A DNA stretch of 64,000 nt from positions 1,178,001-1,242,000 of the forward strand of contig NW_027362765.1 of NCBI RefSeq assembly GCF_046119375.1, in the 5' to 3' direction. Origin of the DNA: Phyllobates terribilis. Lineage: Eukaryota. The position numbers were made by a program, and so were the translations under genes. Below, piece after piece: positions 61,472 through 64,000 of the stretch. The notes under the pieces were generated by a model. The model did not search any database. It was not told the origin of the DNA and was given only the letters and a program-made list of their open reading frames with translations. Every line of letters begins with the position of its first letter. The first letter of the stretch is position 1.

Positions 61472-63378
61472 CTAGATGGTGGCCCGATTCTAATGCATCG
61501 GGTATTCTAGAATAGGTATGCGGCTGACCGGGTGCAATCAGCAGAGCTGTGTTTAAATTTGGGGCCAAAATCACTGATTGGTCGCGTTCGGCAACCGCGA
61601 CCAATCAGCAAAGCGGTGTTTAAATTTGGCGGCAATATCGATGATTGGTCGCGGGCGGCGGCCACGACCAATCAGCGAACCGTGTTAGTGAGGACTGGAG
61701 AGCGTGTTTAAATTTGGCACCAAAATCGCTGATTAGTCGCGACCAATCAGCAGAGCGGTGTTTAAATTTGGTGCCAATACTGCTGACTGGTCGCGGCCGC
61801 CGACCGCGACCAATCAGCAGAGCGATGCAGGGCGGGGTTTAAATTTGGCGCCAATTTTAAACACGGCAAATTCAAACACCGCTGTGCTGATTGGTCGCCG
61901 ACGCTGTGCGCGACCAATCACCGATTTTGGCGGCACATTTAAATAGCGTCCGCGACCAATCAGTACAGCGGTGTTTAAATGTGGAGCCAAGATCGGTGAT
62001 TGGTCGCGGCCGATATTTAAATTTGGCGCCCAAATCGGTGATTGATCGCGGGCAGCGCCAGCGACCAATCAGCGATTTTTAACACAAATGTCCGGACCTT
62101 TGTAACACCATGCGGATACTGTGGGGACATCAGCGGCTAGGGTGTGAAAGGAGGACCGGGGAGCGGCGCTGTGGGTCGGGATACTTCTGCTCTGAGCGCC
62201 CGCTCATGTCCCGGGTTCTCGGAGCGGAAGTATCCGCACAGGCAGCGGCGCTGACATCCATGCGGCTAGGGTGTGAAGGGAGGACTAGGGAGCGGCGCTG
62301 ACATCCAATTGGTCGCGGCCGCTATTTAAATGTGCCGCACAAATCGGTGATTGGTCGCCGACTTGGCCCGCGACCAATCACTGATCTTGCGGCCAAAGTT
62401 AAACAGTACTGTGCTGATTGGTCGCGGACGCTGCCCGCGACCAATCACCGATTTGGGCGCCAAATTTAAATATCGGCCGCGACCAATCACCGATCTTGGC
62501 TCCACATTTAAACACCGCTGTGCTGATTGGTCGCCGACGCTGGGCGCGACCCATCACCGATTTTGGCGCCACATTTAAATAGCGTCCGCGACCAATCCGC
62601 ACAGCGGTGTTTAAATGTGGAGCCAAGATCGGTGATTGGTCGCGGCCCATATTTAAATTTGGCGCCCAAATCGGTGATTGGTCGCGGGCAGCGTCCGCGA
62701 CCAATCAGCACAGTACTGTTTAACTTTGGCTGCAAGATCAGTGATTGGTCGCGGGCCAAGTCGGCGACCAATCACCGATTTGTGCGGCACATTTAAATAG
62801 CGGCCGCGACCAATTGGATGTCAGCGCCGCTCCCCGGTCCTCCCTTCACACCCTAGCCGCATGGATGTCAGCGGCGCTGCCTGTGCGGATACTTCCGCTC
62901 CGAGCACCCGGGACATGAGCGGGCGCTGGCAGCAGAAGTATCCCGACCCGCAGCGCCGCTCCCCGGTCCTCCCTTCACACCCTAGCCGCTGATGTCCCCA
63001 CAGTATCCGCATGGTGTTACAAAGGTCCGGACATTTGTGTTAAAAATCGCTGCTTGGTCACTGGCGCAGCCCGCGACCAATCACCGATTTGGGCGCCAAA
63101 TTTAAATATCGGCCGCGACCAATCACCGATCTTGGCTTCACATTTAAACACCGCTGTGCTGATTGGTCACGGCCGATATTTAAATTTGGCGCCCAAATAG
63201 GTGATTGGTCGCGGGCAGCGCCAGCGACCAATCAGCGATTTTTAACACAAATTTCCGGACCTTTGTAACACCATGCGGATACAGTGGGGACATCAGCGGC
63301 TAGGGTGTGAAGGGAAGACCGGGGAGCGGCGCTGCGAGTCCGGATACTTCTGCTGCGAGCGCCCGCTCATGTCCCGGG
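61472..63378 (-). mobile_element. Non-autonomous Helitron-like element whose body is a CCAAT-rich inverted and tandem array
   Basis: Minus-strand 3' end CCCGAT-GCATTAGA-ATCGGG hairpin (61483-61502), 7 nt before CTAG|T (61472-61475, target base 61471). The 5' end is not seen because an LTR interrupts at 63379. Confidence 0.65.
61954..63378. repeat. Alternating inverted repeat (about 580-bp arms plus a third partial arm)
   Basis: 61954-62533 is the reverse complement of 62588-63170 (ORF-track peptides 62110-62301 plus and 62821-63012 minus are nearly identical). 63166-63378 repeats about 62000-62215 directly. Confidence 0.93.
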
Positions 63379-63797
63379 TGTTAGAACCTTGCTCTTAGGT
63401 TTTTTCTATTGCTGGTCACATGACCTTGTTGGCCTATTTAGTCCTGCTCCGCCCTTCTGGCTTTGCTGGACTTCATTGTATTACTACTCTTTAGCTAGCC
63501 TGTGCTCAGTATCTAACTCTGTTAGTTTGCTTGGTCTTCGGACCTCTGTGTTCTATATATTTTGTTTGTTTGTCTGTCTGCTACTATTTCTGTTAGGAGG
63601 TGTCCATTTTGCTCCCAGTCCCTAGTACTTGTAGGGATTCCTTCCCCACATCTATAGGTCTCCGTACAGACTAGCTGAGGACTTTAGCAGGTCTGATCGC
63701 AGGATCAGGTTCCCTGTTACATCGTAGGGATCAAGCTGAGTTCTATCGTAGGGACAGATCTCCTCTCTTTCCTTAGCTCTGGTAGCAGAACATAACA
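63379..63797 (+). mobile_element. 5' LTR of a Ty3/Gypsy element
   Basis: TGTTA...TAACA termini, followed within 50 nt by a gag ORF. Confidence 0.75.
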
Positions 63798-63845
63798 GTA
63801 AGTCCAGCCTGCAAATTCTCTAAGGAAAGATTTTTCTGTTCCATC

Positions 63846-64000
63846 ATGGTGTCGGTTCTGGATTTGGCTAAACGCCTGCAGGGACTCTCTCTGGAGGTGG
63901 CCGAGCTCCATCAGCACGTGAGTAACTGTCCTGGAGCACATTTCTTGGAGCCTAAGGTACGTTTGCCTGATTTATTTTTTGATGAACACCAAGAATTTTT
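63846..64000 (+). CDS. Start of Ty3/Gypsy gag (Sushi/RTL-like), runs off the window
   Basis: MVSVLDLAKRLQGLSLEVAELHQH..FLEPKVRLPDLF, resembling the MQGLSLEV..EPKV.LPD gag N-terminus. Confidence 0.7.
   Translation, partial: MVSVLDLAKRLQGLSLEVAELHQHVSNCPGAHFLEPKVRLPDLFFDEHQEF

Overview
Eukaryotic genomic DNA, most likely from a frog or toad (inferred from the repeat families and the zinc-finger gene type). It is almost entirely nested, decayed transposable elements: hAT, Tc1, L1/Tx1, L2, CR1, Penelope, Gypsy LTRs, DIRS, Chapaev-like, Helitron-like, MITEs, V-SINEs and mini/satellites. The one host gene is a six-coding-exon KRAB-like C2H2 zinc-finger gene on the minus strand (37881-47972). Its fourth intron holds a 6.2-kb hAT element with a perfect 8-bp TSD, and its last exon has a single +1 base in a T7 run that separates the KRAB-like N-terminus from 8 fingers. 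Other notable structures are a multi-level nest of elements at 1-16.3 kb, a 110-bp satellite with a 992-bp higher-order duplication inside a hAT, a CR1 splitting a Penelope RT, a 5-kb DIRS inserted without TSD into a MITE and carrying a candidate 56-nt intron, and a CCAAT-rich alternating inverted array inside a Helitron-like element. There are four N gaps. No prokaryotic genes, CRISPR arrays, rRNA or tRNA genes are supported. All family assignments come from hand-read motifs, not database searches.
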